Source: Felis catus (taxonomy: Eukaryota). From it: 64,000 nt of DNA. Under the pieces are notes generated by a model. That model saw nothing but the letters and a program-made list of their open reading frames with translations, was not told the DNA's origin and did no database searches. The DNA is taken from NCBI RefSeq assembly GCF_018350175.1, contig NC_058382.1, positions 60,018,001-60,082,000 on the forward strand. Reading direction: 5' to 3'. Below, piece after piece: positions 13,214 through 25,180 of the stretch (position 1 is its first letter; every line of letters begins with the position of its first letter). The translations under genes were made by a program, and so were the position numbers.

Positions 13214-14218
13214 CTGGGATAGAGAGAAGGAAGAGAAGGCCTCCACTGATGGACTGGAGTGATTGGTGCCTCAGGGCAGGTGGCCTCGTCACAAACGGGG
13301 CCCCAGAGGAGCCGGGTCTCTGGAAACCGGCCCAACGCGGAGCCCGGGGGCCACCAGATGCCCAGCAGCTCAACCCCGGCCCTGCACGTGGGGTCTTCGC
13401 TTCATCTCCTCGCTGAACCCTCCCCCCAAAACCAGCTTTCCCGCGTGGCATTGATCTGCTTTGGATCTGTGGTCATCGTCACGGTGTGGTCACGGGAAGT
13501 CCGTGCCCCCACCCCCACCCTGGGGCTCCAGCCCACAGGGGTCACAGGAAGTCCGTGCCCCCCCCCCACCCAACGTGTTACATTTGCACACAGGGCTGCC
13601 AACCACGTGCACACAGTCTCTGTCCCCAGTGAAAGGGCGTTGCTCATGACCGCGCACCATGAGGTGAGGCTGCTTAGATCCTGAACGGGCTCCCAGGGCC
13701 TGTTCCTGGCGGCCGTGCGCCTCCAGGGCGAGGGCCGCACAGCAAAGTAAGTCTGGTCTTTGCGGACGGAAGTGATAAAAGTAATGCGGTGTCTTCTTCT
13801 CGCTGACTCAACCCTCCCGCCGTGGGTCAGGCACCAGCCTCAGTGCCAGGAAGGACGCACTGAACGGATCTGGACCCTTCCCGCCGCCCGGCTGAGCCAA
13901 AATCCGGGAAGCCTCGCAGATGCGTGAGCCACAGGTGCCAGCTCACGTGTCCGAGAACTTGCCGCGGCGCGCTGGCAGGCGTTAACGCTGCCCTGAAGGG
14001 CCCGCGTGGGCCGTGTCTGCCATGGCCAGGGTGCAATGCTCCCGCCAGCACGGATGTCACCAATCCGGCCCGGGGAAGGGACGCACTCCCTCGGCGAAAG
14101 GTAGCTCCCGTGGGTCCCGGGGCGTGGCCAGGGAATGTGGGATTGAGATGACTCTGGAACATTTTATAACGCTGTCAGTGTTCTCTCTAGGCTGAGCCAC
14201 CGGCGACTTTCGGTCACA

Positions 14219-14642
14219 CAGAGGTCCCCTGACCCGCGGTTTCTCTGCCTGCGGTTCCAGCAGCTGGCGGTCAACCGCAGTCGGGCAGCGGACGATCCCG
14301 CTTCTCACGTGCTACCGGGTCACCGATGGCCTAAGGCTCGGTCACTCATCCCGCTTCACCTCATCGCCTGGGCGTTTTATCACCTCACGTCATCGTCAGA
14401 GTGAGGATAGTGCGGTAAGGCCGCGGTGACGTTACTTTGACGACGACGTTTCGGTTTTCTGTTTTATGATCGGTCCCGTTGCTCACCTCTGTGCCAAATT
14501 TACAGATTAAACTTTCTGTAGCTATGCGTGTTTAGCAGAAAACAGTCTACATAAAGTTCCATCCCTTCTTTCCAGAATCCCAGGGGCTCCTGGAACGGCC
14601 CCCAGCCCCCCGATAATACACTGGGGGGGGGCGGGCGGTGTA
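14219..14642 (+). mobile_element. Tigger2/MER8-like TcMar DNA transposon remnant
   Basis: Start CAG...CCCGCGGTTTC...GCGGTCAACCGC and internal CTGTGCCAAATTTACAGATTAAACTTT resemble the recalled Tigger2 consensus. Confidence 0.6.
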
Positions 14643-15933
14643 TTTAGTAACAAACTCTCTTTATCCCCCAAAGGAAATGTTCTGCCAAATACCGACGCAC
14701 AAGATGCTAACATGAGGCACAAACCTCTCAGGAAGCTCCAGTCTTCCTTTGGCGGAAGAGACTGTCCCATGTGGCGTTCTGAAATCGCCGTGGAGCCCTG
14801 GGGTTCCCCTGAAGGTAGTTTGAAGACCAGTTGACACAAAACGTCACTCTGTCCTGCACACGGGTGTGGGGATGTGCGAGGATGTGGTTGGTCATAGTTA
14901 GAGATTGGAGCCCACCTCACATTCCCCAAAAAGGAAGTGGTTAAATACGGCGGTATCCACGCTACGGCCCAAGGTGACAGTAACAACAGTCAGTGCCTGG
15001 GACGCGGTTCCACGTTCTAGGCCGGTCCATCCCCGGCCTCCTCTCTGCCTCCCACAGCGCCTTGTGATAAGTACTGTGATTTCTTAGGGTCAAGGGGGGA
15101 AGGCACCTGCCGAGGGGTCCGGAAGTGGCGGGGCCAGGGTTCCGGTCGAGGGGGCTTGATGTCCGTCCCGGTCACACCAAGGGTAAAAGAAGGGACGGTT
15201 GTGAGGATGTCTCCAGTCGAGTCGAGAACACCCAGGTGCAGATCGACATGTCCAGTGGGGTCCGTGTTTGCTTCGGTGAGAAGCCTTGTGAATGCGTGGA
15301 CCCATTTCCTGTGCGTGGAGGAAAGCGTCAGAGGTGAGCCCTGAAGCAAACCTAGCGGTGGCCTCTGGGAGCTGGGCTCGGAGGCCGGTCAGGTGTGAGC
15401 GCCTTTCCGTGTGGTCTGAAGTTGACAGGTAGGTCCAGGGCAGGGCCCAGCGTTTTACTTCCGGCTCCCGGTGCCGACCTTGCTGCCATCCCGGGCACCC
15501 ACTCCGAGTCCGAGTCCGGAACGTTCGCTGCGAGCCCACTGGGCACCGGGCTTTCTGCACGTGGTTCCGTGTCTACATGACCCTGTGAGACAGGCGCTTC
15601 TCCCATTTTACAGACAAGGAGACTGGGGCTCAGGGGGCACGAAAGCAGCCGGCCCCGCTCTCACCTCTGACGAGAGTCACTCGTCCCGAGTGACCACACT
15701 CAGGAGCCACCGAGAAGAAGCCCAAGCTCTTCCCACTGGCCAACCTGGACGGTGTGGATGTTTTAGGAATGAGAATCAGAAAATCAGAAGTGATCTCATC
15801 AGCCAGCCTTTTTTTTTTTTTTTTTTTGGACAGAGAAGAAATCTGAGACCCACAATGAGGGAGGTCGCAGAATGTTAAGGACACTGCCGTCAGGGTGCGG
15901 CTGACCCGGGGCAGTCTTTGGTTGGATGATGTG

Positions 15934-16165
15934 TTTTTTTTCTTTTTTTTTTTTAACATTTATTTATTATTGAGAGACAGAGAGAGACAGAGCATGAGCA
16001 GGGGAGGGGCCGAGAGACAGGGAGACACAGAATCGGAAGCAGGCACCAGGCTCCGAACTGTCAGCACAGAGCCCGACGCGGGGCTCCAACTCCCAAACCG
16101 TGAGATCATGAGCTGAGCCGAAGTCGGACGCTTAACCGAGGGAGCCACCTCGGATAATGTGCCCC
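15934..16165 (-). mobile_element. CAN-SINE
   Basis: Typical body; TSD TGGAT(G/A)ATGTGTTT at 15923 and 16166. Confidence 0.92.
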
Positions 16166-16517
16166 TGGATAATGTGTTTACTGCACGTTTGCCGAGAATG
16201 GTCTCTGCCTGAGGGGTTCTGGAGCTCAAACGACTGGCTGGGACTGTTGGCGGGGCTAATTTCCAGGGGGCTGGATGGTCCTAGTAACAACCCATCCCAG
16301 GGGGCACTTGCTAACTGTCTTCTTCTGAGGGTCTCCCCCTCCTGACGGCTCCGCAGAACAGAGCTTAAGGGAATTGTCCAAGTTCCCCCACAGGAAAAGG
16401 AGACAGACTGGGAACCTGAACCCCAGCAGGCCGGTTCTAACGCCTCTCATTTGGGAAGACGCTACAGAATTAGCCAAACATCAAAGTGCACCTGGGGAAA
16501 TCTGAGGGCCCACTTAC

Positions 16518-16674
16518 CAGAATCAGTCTGATTTCTCTGCACACAAGGACCCTGTGAGCACCTTCGCTCCGGCCTCAGCGGATGACTGCGGGGGGTCCCC
16601 CACATCCGCTTGACGGAGACGGAGAAATCGGACGACTTCCAAAGGCTCCTGCCCAACGCCGGGGTCCTCAACAT
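16518..16674 (-). CDS. CA5A: Carbonic anhydrase VA, coding exon 1 (mitochondrial presequence)
   Basis: ATG at 16674 reads MLRTPALGRSLWKSSDFSVSVKRMWGTPRSHPLRPERRCSQGPCVQRNQTDS(G). It is Arg/Ser-rich and resembles the human CA5A N-terminus (LGRNTWKTSAFS...MW...RP.RWCSQ). It ends at donor G|GTAAGT (intron starts 16517). 157 nt, phase 1, matching exon 2. Confidence 0.88.
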
Positions 16675-17548
16675 CTTCAAACTGCTCCCCTCAGAGCCCC
16701 GTAAACACAGGGTGATCTTCCTACCAAAGCTCTCACTTTGGTCTGGACGATCGTGGAACGGGGTTAGCCTACCTCTTTCTGTAGAAACTCACCCAACCCC
16801 CTGATCCCGAAGGTTAAATTTCAACCCGCGCCTGCCCCGGCTTCTGGACGATGCTCAGTTTGGCATAGGGGTGGGTGCCCCTCGACAGACCTGTGGCCTT
16901 CACCGTGGCCAGCCCCTCGGTTCGCTTTGATCTGGTAAACAGCAGAGTGTGCCGGGGAGTCAGGAGCACACAGTGGAGAGCACACTGCTCGTCCTGGCGA
17001 AGAGGGCAAGAGGCAAATAGGAGAGAGCAAAGGCCTTGTTCCTGGATGTTGACCCTAGTTTGGAGCCGTGTCGTATGCATGTAGGGCCAGGCACAAAGCC
17101 GTGCCGTGTGTATGTGGAGGGAGTGGCAGGTTCCGGAGTGCAGGGATAGGAATTAGGCAAAGCACTGCCGAGGTGGAGGGGCAGGCGGGCAGGTGACCCC
17201 TCTCTGCCAGGAACAAAGAGACATGACCTGATACAAATTTGTTCTGCCTAAACTAACACGTCCCGGCTGGCCCAGAGCGCTCCCAGGTCACCGTGTCAGC
17301 ATGGATCCTAATGCCCCCCTATTCATGCACATAGAATCCTGGACTCTTAGATCTGGAAAACCCCACAGAACAGGGGTTTGGAACCTTGGGTCCACGTGTG
17401 GGTTCCCAAGAACCCTGTTGGTCACGTGCACAGAATTTTGACCTGGTCTCTGGTGGCCCCTGCATCTGCCTGCCTTCCTTGCGACTCTGGGATACACGTG
17501 GTTTTCTTCCACAGAGGCATTTTGGAAGGGTACGTACCCTTGGGTAGC

Positions 17549-17586
17549 TTCATTCATTCATTCATTCATTCATTCATTCATTCATT
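17549..17586. repeat. (TTCA)n microsatellite
   Basis: About nine tandem TTCA units. Confidence 0.9.
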
Positions 17587-18464
17587 GCCTTCTGCCCCAG
17601 TTCCCTCCTCTGTAAGGTAGGGAAATAATAGCACTAACTCCGCTATGTTGCCCTCAGGGTTTAACGAGTCCATCACTCACGCACTTAGGAGAGAGGTATT
17701 TCTGTTACCGATGCCCAGGTCAGCCTTCCAGGCGTTCTAGGAGTTGGCTGAGCCCTGAAGGAACGCGGGTTTCCCGGGCATCGGGGACCCTGTCAGCCAG
17801 CACTCCGTAGCCCTTTTGCTCAGCCCTTTCGCTGAGCCCTTTGCTCTGAAGGGCATGCCCTTGGCCGTGCTCAGCTACTCGGCCGTCCTCAGCCAGCCTA
17901 TTTGAGGTAGAACGCCACACTGGCGGTCCCCGTGGTCCTGGGGTCTCCCTGTCCTTCCTGTAGCCACACGACAGAGCTCTGCTTTATCTAGAAAATACTG
18001 CCAACTGAGCCTGCCCCACGCAACCCTCCCAGCCGACTCAAACATCAGTTCAGCCACTATTACAGTAGAAACTGAAATGTCTGCCATCAAAAGAGATAGA
18101 GAAGCCATTTACATGCATGTTATGAAAAATATTTCAAGTAGGTCAAAGGTGAAAAATGAATGCCTCTATCTTTTTGTGAACTGCACTCTGATAGCAGTTT
18201 CTTGTGGCTCTTTCTGGAAATCTCCACGACATAAAATCTTCTCTCTCTCTCTCTCACTATTTTTAATACTCGAGATAATCATATCCATGTAAAGGGTATA
18301 TATGTGTACGTATGTATGTATATAGATACAGATGTAGTCACTTGATAATTATCATGAATAAGCTTTTACATCTGTGCTTTTTGCTTGTTTTTTTTTGAAC
18401 TATAGAATACTCTGTGAAAAGATATACCATAATTCATCAAATCACTCCCTTTACAGATGGCCTA

Positions 18465-18492
18465 TTTTTTTAATTTAACGTTTATTTATTTT

Positions 18493-18526
<34 letters not shown>

Positions 18527-18946
18527 GACAGTGTGAGTTGGGGAGGGTCAGAGACAGAGGGAGACACAGAATCTGAAGGCGGCTGCAGGCTCCAGGCTCC
18601 GAGCCGTCAGCACAGAGCCTGACACGGGGCTTGAACCCATGAACCGTGAGATCATGACCCAAGCCAAGGTTGGACACTTAACCGACTGAGCCACCCAGGC
18701 ACCCCTATTTTTTTTTGTCTTTTTTTTTTTTAATTTTTTTTTCAACATTTATTTATTTTTGGGACAGAGAGAGACAGAGCATGAACAGGGGAGGGACAGA
18801 GAGAGAGGGAGACACAGAATCGGAAACAGGCTCCAGGCTCCGAGCCATCAGCCCAGAGCCTGACATGGGACTCGAACTCAACGGACCGTGAGATCGTGAC
18901 CTGGCTGAAGTCGGATGCTTAACCGACTGCGCCACCCAGGCGCCCC
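18465..18946 (-). mobile_element. Two tandem CAN-SINEs (18465-18705, 18720-18946)
   Basis: Two complete reverse-orientation bodies, each with a short TSD (CCTATTTTTTT; TTTTTTGTCTT). Confidence 0.92.
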
Positions 18947-19249
18947 TTTTTTTGTCTTATAAATGACACTGCATGAACATCTTTGGAACTCCCACTTTTG
19001 ACAACCGTGGGTCCGAGGACAAATGTATTAAAATAGTTGATACAAGTGCCAACTTACTCTCTTGAGGGAGCACACCATGTCCAATTCTCACCCACTTTGC
19101 TCGTATTTTGAGCCAAAGAACCTCATGTTTATCCAAACCAACGCCTTCTAATTCCTTAGTATCTCCTTTGCATATAAAACACCAATCAGTGGCCTTCATA
19201 GGATGTGTTGAAATTATCTGCCGGAACTGAACGTTTCTCAGGGGGGGGT

Positions 19250-19860
19250 CGTGATGGTTATTTTTCTGTCAATTTGGCCGAGCCACAGTGCCAAGATATT
19301 TGGTTGAACATTAACCTGAATGTTTCAGTGTAGATGTGTTTTTTCTTTTTAATGTTTATTTTTGGGAGACAGAGACAGAGCACGAATGGGGGAAGGGCAG
19401 AGAGAGAGGGAGACACAGAATCTGAAGCAGTTTCCAGGCTCTGAGCTGTCAGCACAGAGCCTGAAGTGGGGCTCGAACGGATGGACCGCACGATCATGAC
19501 CTGAGCCAAAGTTGGAGGCTCAACTGACTGAGCCATCCAGGCGCCCTTCAGTGTAGACATTTTTTGGATGTGATTAACATTTAAGTCAGTGGACATGCTT
19601 CACTGTGGGCGGGCCTCATCCAATCAGTTGAAGGCCTGAATAGAACAAAGACTGACCTCCCCTGAGCAAGAGGGAATTCTGCCAGAGTCTCCCTTTGGGC
19701 TCTGCAGGTCTCCCCCAGGTCTCCGGCCTGCTGCTCCTCCCCCCCATCAGATTTTGGACTTGGCTAAGCCTCTCAGTCACGTGAGCCAACTCCAGACTGT
19801 CCTTCAAAGTGCAGGAAGAAAAGATAGGAATTTCTATTGTTATTTCCTCTCTCACTGGTC
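19250..19860 (+). mobile_element. MLT2-like ERVL LTR interrupted by a minus-strand CAN-SINE (19338-19547)
   Basis: GTGATGGTTA...GTGCCAAGATATTTGG...GGGCCTCATCCAATCAGTTGAAGGCCTGAATAGAACAAA matches the recalled MLT2 consensus. The SINE has TSD TTCAGTGTAGA. Confidence 0.75.
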
Positions 19861-20719
19861 ATAACTTCTATTTTACATGTTTAATAGAGCACACAGTAAT
19901 CGTACCTAACACACAGGAATGATTTATTCGTAAATACATATGTGTTGGAGGACCACGCCAAAAGCTTTTTATAGAGCAGACTGTGTGATCAAAGCGTGGA
20001 GCTCGCTCTTGGGTGAGACGCCTCGAATTTCTTGGCATCACTCTCTCCAAAGAAGGCTTTATTCTTACGTGATAGAAATTCACATTCATTCCTAAATGCA
20101 ACTGAATGCTCTCCAAAGTACTTTAAGATCTCCAAATGATACATACACTGTCCATAAAGAAATTCTGTTCTAGTTGGGAAAAAAAAAAAAAAAAAAAAGA
20201 AGGAAATAAGAAAAAGTGCTGATTGGACAAAAATCTTGCAAATACATGCGAGTTTCCACGTGCATTTTGTCCACAGTAATCTCTTTTGTTCTCCGGGGAT
20301 TTTTTTTTATAGTACAATTTTGGGCACACGCTTTTATTGATTTTATGGATTTGTAAACCTGTTTCCGTGACCTGAGCAGCCAAGGGGATGCTTTGTAGTG
20401 GAAATCTCTTGTTCACAAGGATGTTGAAACTCAGCAGTGCTATTGAGATATTCACCACCTGCCTGGCTTAATTACACCATCTCCTGAGTCAAATGAAAAT
20501 CAATGGATCAAAGGTGCCTGGGAGCCCAAGAGAAACACTTTCTCCTCTTTGTTGAAACATACTCAACCTTTCCTTCTGGAAAGTACAAATCAACAGCTTC
20601 CGGGAGAAAAGAAACAACCATTGGACAGACATCAATGTTGACATCACTGCTCACATGGGCTTGGGTGCCGCTTTTGGGTCTCGTGAAAGCCCTGGGACAC
20701 TCGTGCTAGGGGCAGATGC

Positions 20720-21230
20720 TGTGTATGCCTGCCTGACACCTGGCCCCTTCCCTCTGATAACGTCACCCGAGTCTTCCCGGGGACACTAGCCCTCCCCCAC
20801 TGGCCATCCATGGGGCTCAGGTCAAGCTGACCCCATCCCTGATGTATCTCGGGTTTGGCCAACCAGAGGGAAGGTCATTTACAGGTAACCTGAACTGACC
20901 AATCAGCGTTAACTCCGGAAGTTTCGCTGCAATTATGGGGAAAGAGACTTAGACCGGTAAGGCGTGCGCCGTGTGCAGTTGCTGGGAACTCTTCTTGAGA
21001 CCTTGCTCAAGAACGGAGACAAAGTGAGCCCCAGGGCGGGAAGGCTGGAAAAGGAGAGAGGGACGGAGAGAGAGCGTGACAGAGTACCTGACATTGCCTC
21101 AGCCAAGCAATTTCCATTCCCGTATCCTGAAGTGCACTTCCAAACTTGTCACTTATGGAAATCAAGGAGTTCCTCTGATTGTATTCGGCTAGTTTACATT
21201 CCCCCGTAGCCCAAGGGGCGCTAACTTGTA
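20720..21230. mobile_element. Possible LTR16-like old ERVL LTR
   Basis: GCTGACCCCATCCC, GGCCAACCAG and GACCAATCAG blocks plus a GA-rich segment typical of LTR16; highly diverged. Confidence 0.4.
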
Positions 21231-21859
21231 GGCACTTAGGTCTCCATCCTACAGACAAGGAACCGAAGCTCAGAGCAGTGACGTGCGCATTGTCTAAGCT
21301 CTCCCTCGCTGGAAATTGGCAGAGTCAGGGCTCAGGTACGGGGTCTTGAGCCCATTGTCTCACTGAGCCTTGCCTCGTGGCTGTTTGCTTCCATAGGCCC
21401 AACGTAAAGTGTATAATCCGTGCTCGCCGCATTGCAGGGAACGGCCAGTCATCTATTCCAAATACTTACCTGGTGCAAGGAGAGTTTGGGTTGGAATAAA
21501 AGGGGTACACATAAGTCTGTGCCCCAATTATCTTCTGCTGCCTGACAAATGACTCCAAAACGTGGGGGCTGAAGACAACGTGCTTGGGCTCACACAACTG
21601 CCATCTGGGCAGGGCTCAGTAGAAAGAGCCTGTCTCTGCCCCAGGAGGCCACAGTTGAGACGGCCCATCTGGGACTGGAGGACCCGCTTCCAAGGCGGTG
21701 CGCCCACAAGGCTGGCGAGGTGCAGCTGGCTGTCGGTTCCTCTCGATGTGGGCCTCTCTGAATCGGGAAAGCAGCATTTGCTCACCGAGAACAATGAGGA
21801 GTGTCATTTAGGAGGGCATGCGGGCTCTTCAATAAGTCAAATGCAGAGTTATCATGAGT

Positions 21860-23105
21860 CCCGGCAATTTGGTTCCAAGGTACACACCCAGGGGGAATGA
21901 AAACATACGTCCACGTAAATGCTTGTACACAAATGTGCACAGCAGCATTATTCATAGTAACCAAAACATAGAAATGGCCCAAATGTTCAGCAAAGGATGA
22001 GTGGATTAAGAAAAAAAAAACAAAACAGTATCACAAAATGCAATTAATCAGTCATAAAAAACGAAGTTACAGTAATCAAGGCAGTGTGGTGGTGGCTGAA
22101 GAATATACAAATCAGTCCGTGGGATGGAAGGGAGCCCAGAAATCGACCTCGGGGGACTGGGCGGTGACAAAAGAGCGAAGGCATCTTCTGAACCGACGGC
22201 ACTGGGACAACTGTACACCCACGTGCAAAAAGATCAGTCGAGACACAGACCTTATGCCCTTCGTAAAAATGATCTCAAAATGGATCGCGGGTCGAAATGT
22301 AAAATGCAAAACTAAAAAGTCCTCAAAGATGACACAGGAGAAAATCTAGGTGACCCTGGGTGTGGTGATGCCTTTTCAGATACGGCACCGAAGGCGCGGT
22401 GGTCCGGGAGAGAGATCACTAACACGTGAGCCTTCGCTGACACGAGACACTTGTGCCGTATGAGAGACAATGTCAGAGGACGAGAAGACAAGCCACAGAC
22501 CGGGAGAAAATATCTGCCGGAGATACAAAGACGGTACACCAAGAGTGACCTCTGGGTGACCACGATGTGTCACTGGAGGCCTCGCGAACTGTCACAAACA
22601 TCCCACTCTGATGGGGGATGCTGGTGACGGGGGGAGGCCGTGAGCGTGGACGCGCGAGGGCTGCACATGCTGTCTCTGTACTTTCCCGTTCCGCTTTGCT
22701 GTGAACCGAAAACTGCTCTAAAAAATAAGATTAAGTAACAACAACAACAAAAAGATGCACAGGCCTAACACACATTACAACGGGGATGGACGGCCCTCGA
22801 AAATGTCATATGAGTGAAAGAAGCCAGTTACAAAAGGCCACAAGTCGTAGGATGCCACTTATATGAAATATCCCGAACAGGCAAACGTATAGAGACGGAA
22901 AGCGGGTGAGGGGTTGCCAGGGCTGGGGGGTGCGGGAGTGATGGATAATGGGGAAGCCGTTTTGGGGAAGACAGAAAGGTTCTGGAACAAGTTAGTGGTG
23001 ATGGTTGCACAACTTTGTGAAGGTACTTAATAGCACTGAAGTGTGTATTTAGAACGGTTAAAATGGTAAATTTTATGTGATGTGTATTTAACTATAATAA
23101 AAAAA
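21860..23105 (+). mobile_element. Old L1 3' fragments (L1MB/L1MC-like, nested)
   Basis: CAGCAGCATTATTCATAGTAACCAAAA, GTGAAAGAAGCCAG, GTGGTGATGGTTGCACAAC...GTAAATTTTATGTGATGTGTAT and an A-tail. Confidence 0.75.
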
Positions 23106-23664
23106 GAGAGAGAGACGGAGAAAAAAAGCCGTCAAGCAGGCCTGGCAAAGTGTAGATAGAGGAGCAGGTTATTACGTGATCCAGTAAAGGCACAGCACTC
23201 GGCCCCCGTGAGCGGTCGACAGTGGCAGCTACGGATGTCTCATTAGCAGTGGTAGCCTCCAAGTCATTTGCATGGATATAAAGTTTGACAACAACATCAG
23301 GGTAAGCGTCCCCTTTGTGCCAGATGCTGTGGTGAGCACTTCCCATGGTCAATTTCAAAATTTAGAAACAACTCTGCCAAGTAGATTTTATTGTCCCATT
23401 TTACAGGTGAGGATACCGAGGCCAGGGATGTCGTGTGACTGGTCCAGAGCCACACAGAGGTAATATGAGCCAGGAGTGGAGTCCATGTCACAATCTGTAC
23501 GCAAAGGCACCTATGTCACAGGTGACTTTTATGAGGTCTCAACACCACACCTTCCAGGGGTGGAAAAGAAGGCACAGGACGTTTCGGTACCTTTTCCAGA
23601 TTCACAGGACATCCTATCCATGCAGCAGTGACTGAATAGAGTTCTCTCTGAAGACTTTAAAAAA

Positions 23665-25180
23665 ATAATTTATTTTCCAGCCTTATTGAAGTAAAATGGA
23701 CAAAGAAGATGACAATTTCACATGCATATACGCTATGAAAGTCCGACCACAAGCAGGTTAATGAACAACTCCACCACCTGACACAGTTAGGATTGCTCTT
23801 TCTGTGGTGAGAGTGCTTGAGGTCTTGGTCACTTCCAAGTACACGGTGTAGTCCCCATACTGTACGTTAGATCCCCAAGTGCATTCATCTTAAAACTGGA
23901 AGGAAGTCCGGGGGCACCTGGGTGGCTCAGTCGGTTATGCGTCCAACTTCGGCTCAGGTCTGACCTCGCCGTTTGTCAGTTTGAGACCCGCATCGGGCTC
24001 TGTGCTGATGGCTCATAGCCTGGAGCCTGCTTGGGATTCTGTGTCTCCCTTTCTCTCTGCCTCTCCCACACTCGTATTCGGTGTCTCTCTTTCTCAAAAA
24101 CAAATAAACATTAAAAAAATTTTTTTAACTGCAAGTCTGTACACTTTGACCAGCGTTCCCATCTCCCTCACCCTGACCCTGATAACCACTCTTCTACTGT
24201 CTGCTTCTGGAAGTTCGACTTTTTTTTTTTTTTTTTACTTTATTTTATTTAAAAAATGTTTATCTATTTTTGAGAGAGAGAGCAAGAGAGAGAGAGAGAG
24301 AGAGAGCTCGTGCGGTATGGGAGAGAATCCCAAGCAGTCTCCTTGCTGGCAGTGCAGAGCCCGATGTGAGGTTCAAACTCATGAACCATGAGATCATGAC
24401 CTGAGCGGAAGTGGGATGCTTAACTGACCGAGACACCCTGGTGCCCTGTAAGTGTGACTTTTTTAGATTCCACAGGTGAGACCATGCAGTGCCTGTCTGT
24501 GTCTGGCTTACATCACTTAGCATGATGCCCTCTGGGTTCATCCACGTTGTCACAAATGGCAGGATGTCCCTCTTTCTTGCAGCTGAATAGTACTCCATTT
24601 TTTACCTATGCCACAACTTTTTCGTCCACTGATGGCCACTTAGCTTGTTTCCATGTCTTCCTATCGAGAAGGAAGTTGTGGTGAACACGGGAGTGTGGAC
24701 GTCTCTTCTGTTTGCATTTCGTTCGGATGTTTACACAGAAGTGGTTGCTGGATCACGTGGTAGTTCTATTTTCAATTTTTTTTTTTAACGTTTATTTATT
24801 TTTGAGACAGAGAGAGACAGAGCATGAACAGGGGAGGGCCAGAGAGAGGGAGACACAGAATCTGAAACAGGCTCCAGGCTCTGAGCTGTCAGCACAGAGC
24901 CCGACGTGGGGCTTGAACTCACTGACCGTGAGATCGTGACCTGAGCCGAAGTTGGCCGCTTAACCGACTGAGCCACCCAGGCGCCCCACTATTTTCAATT
25001 TTTTGAGGACCTTCCATACTGTTTTCGACAGCGGCTACACCCGTTTGCATACATGGGTTTTATTATGCTGAGGCCTAGTACCGCATTTATTGCTATTTTG
25101 AAAGCTTTTATCGTGAAGGGTGCTGAATTTTGTCAAATGCTTTTTCTGCATCTAATGAGATGATTGTGTGGTTTTCACTG
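23665..25180 (-). mobile_element. L1 3' fragment carrying three nested CAN-SINEs (23910-24119 +, 24220-24446 -, 24775-24987 -)
   Basis: GGTTCATCCACGTTGTCACAAATGGCAGGAT...GCTGAATAGTACTCCATT is L1 3'-end antisense. The last SINE has TSD CTATTTTCAATTTTTT. Confidence 0.8.

Noticed and set aside
12945..13451. 168-aa ORF as a standalone carbonic anhydrase or retrocopy
   Set aside because: CA similarity is confined to the 198-nt segment bounded by canonical splice sites, so it is a true exon.
18486..18935. Recurring 'MAQSVK.PTSAQV.IS...' ORF family across the window
   Set aside because: These are translations of CAN-SINE copies, not a gene family.
21462..21490. U1 snRNA gene or pseudogene
   Set aside because: Only the first 12 nt match U1; the downstream sequence diverges.
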